From: Trichosphaerium sp. ATCC 40318
Lineage: Eukaryota > Protista > Tubulinea
Direction: 5' to 3'
Length of the DNA: 64,000 nt
NCBI GenBank assembly: GCA_038496445.1
Contig: JALMLS010000455.1
Coordinates: forward strand, 310,001 to 374,000
Position 1 is the stretch's first letter, and every line of letters starts with the position of its first letter. Below are positions 62,127 to 64,000 of the stretch, piece by piece. The position numbers and the translations under genes are program-made. The notes beneath the pieces are model-generated. The model had not been told where the DNA came from, ran no database searches, and worked only from the letters and a program-made list of their open reading frames with translations.

Positions 62127-64000
62127 ATGTTTGCGTTGAACAAACTCAGTGTCGCAATGCGAGTTATACGCGTAGGGTACGCTTACATGCTAATTTAGAA
62201 ATATAACAACGCGTTTTAATTGTATTTTGTTAATAATAGGCCTAAACTACGCTCTGGTCATTCAAAAGCGCTAAAAAAGCAAAATAACCAATGTATACAT
62301 GCCGCCAACCGACAGTTTATCTATGTGCCTAGAAACGCATGTAGATCATACTACATATCGCGCAGCCAATTAAATAAGCAAAGACAACGCCATAAAGAGA
62401 TGCAAGCAGCACGAGGTGAATTTATTAAACCGTTTGTAATTTATTTCTCTAAAACACCTCCTACAGATCGTGCAGATGCGTCAGTACACATACCATCACA
62501 AGTGATGGCAATTCTTGTACCTTACCCCATCTATCCCATACAGGGAGGTAAGCTCTTCATCTCTACCACCATACACGTTTCTGGCTGTTTAGATTTAACT
62601 CCTGTCGTGTTTAGATGAGACAGAACTTGTTATTTCGTGTGATACGCTGTCTTCAGCTCTAAAATCAAGGTTTCCAAGCCAACATGAAAAGAAATTAGTA
62701 GGTCTATTTTTCTCCATAACTGGAAACACAATAATGACCAGCATGGATGACATAACACCTATTGGTACTCTAGTTAATTTAATTAATGTATCAGAAGTAC
62801 CAGACAACGAGGTACGTCCTAAACGACGGATGAACAAAATTAGAAAAAATATCCTTTCTTTCAAATCACAACACGTGTTTTTCTATTTTACGTGGGCTTA
62901 TGTATGTTACGTATTAGAACGGTGAAAATACGCTTGTTAAGCTTCATTTTAAAGTGCAGCATCGTATAGAAGCTGTGTCAATATCAGGGCGCGTTGGTGA
63001 ATCTAATATGTTTGATTTAAACATAAAAGCAAGATTTTGGAAGGTATTATCGTGTAGTTCGATTTGTATATTTACTCGCTACTAGTTAGTTGTTGATAAG
63101 AGCATAACCCAAGGGTTGACATATTGTATTGATAGTAGTCTCCGTAATGTATGGCAACTTTTTGACGCAATAGAAGGGCAAGCCACAGCTCCTGGCCAGC
63201 AGTACGTCTATCTTACAAGGTTGTAAATCGTGTAATTCGATTGGTAGAGGTGTAAATCTACGTGATCCTGTTTCCGCATCTTTATCCCACGTGGTTACAG
63301 CATCTAACCGCGGTGTCAAGCTATGGCAAGAAAGGTTCTTGGACAAGTTACAAAGTAAGCTTACTATTTTTTTTGTCAAGATTGAATAAAACTAACGCCA
63401 AACATAGTTATTGTAGAGACTGATGGTAAGTGAACAGCTTATAAAATACCTAGATACTTTTATCTTATCATTACGTATGTAGATGTTATTGAACTACAAA
63501 AGCGGACCCTTTCGTTCTTGTCATACATGTCTGCGAGATTGCGCCATTACATAGACGTAGAAAATGAAGTTAGGTCACAACAAAGAAAGTCTGTTCTTCT
63601 AGAAAGATGTCACGTTTTACAAACACGCACATCACGTGCATCAGGGAATTCAGTATGTAGTTGTATTCCTCTTTTTTATTGGTATGTACTCATGTCATTC
63701 TCTTGTAGCCAGAAAGATTAACAGAAAAATATCAACAGCTCATTAAGAGCAAGAAGATTCCAAAACAAGTTGCAGCTGTAATAGAGGTTTGTTTTCTTTT
63801 CATTTTCTCAAAACCTTTTTCTGTGTTGCACGCGCGTTTGTACTAAATATAGCTTTAATTATAAAAGGATGAAGTATCAAGGTTAGGTCATATACAACCT
63901 TCTCCTTTAGATTTTGAGTTTACACGGAGATATGTCGATTGGTTGACATGTTTGCCTTGGTCAAAAACATCAAAAGAAACTGTTAATATAGCCAAGTACA
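62127..64000 (+). CDS. Lon protease-like protein (probably mitochondrial), N-terminal part; continues beyond the window
   Basis: Basic presequence, Lon-N-like exons (VGLF..DDITPIGTLVNL), KIPKQVAAVIE and FTRRYVDWLTCLPWSKTSKETVNI. The AAA+ and protease domains lie outside the window. Confidence 0.75.

Noticed and set aside
62595-63379. Minus-strand ORFs 62595-62864 and 63086-63379
   Set aside because: Antisense to exons of the Lon-like gene.
1-64000. Stop-codon reassignment explaining in-frame stops in relics
   Set aside because: Intact genes end at TAA, TAG and TGA, and the relics also carry frameshifts.

Overview
Gene-dense, AT-rich eukaryotic nuclear DNA, probably from a phagotrophic protist (amoebozoan-like; the taxon cannot be fixed from this window). 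It uses the standard genetic code and has many short spliceosomal introns (GTACGT/GTAAGT donors, CTAAC-type branch points, at least one GC-AG intron). Housekeeping genes: thioesterase, UFD1, PH, LIM x2, OTU deubiquitinase, BTB, ABCG, clathrin light chain, I9 inhibitor, Lon. These alternate with fast-evolving accessory DNA: an inverted pair of MORN-repeat/SAM genes whose repeat arrays vary at a few fixed positions; intronless giant-virus-like F-box+MORN_2 and F-box+LRR genes and relics, one split by a fresh hAT-type MITE; tandem secreted V8-like proteases; a secreted cyanophycinase-like enzyme; a CmcJ/NvfI-family oxygenase; and several TIR elements. The least explained signals are non-coding: a probable dicistronic pair of aberrant tRNAs (Asp-GTC with U37 and an acceptor mismatch; a CGC-anticodon tRNA without G3:U70) beside a ~220-nt structured RNA candidate, and a ~270-nt pseudoknotted RNA candidate at 23.9-24.2 kb. 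All exon models and family calls were made by eye, without database searches.
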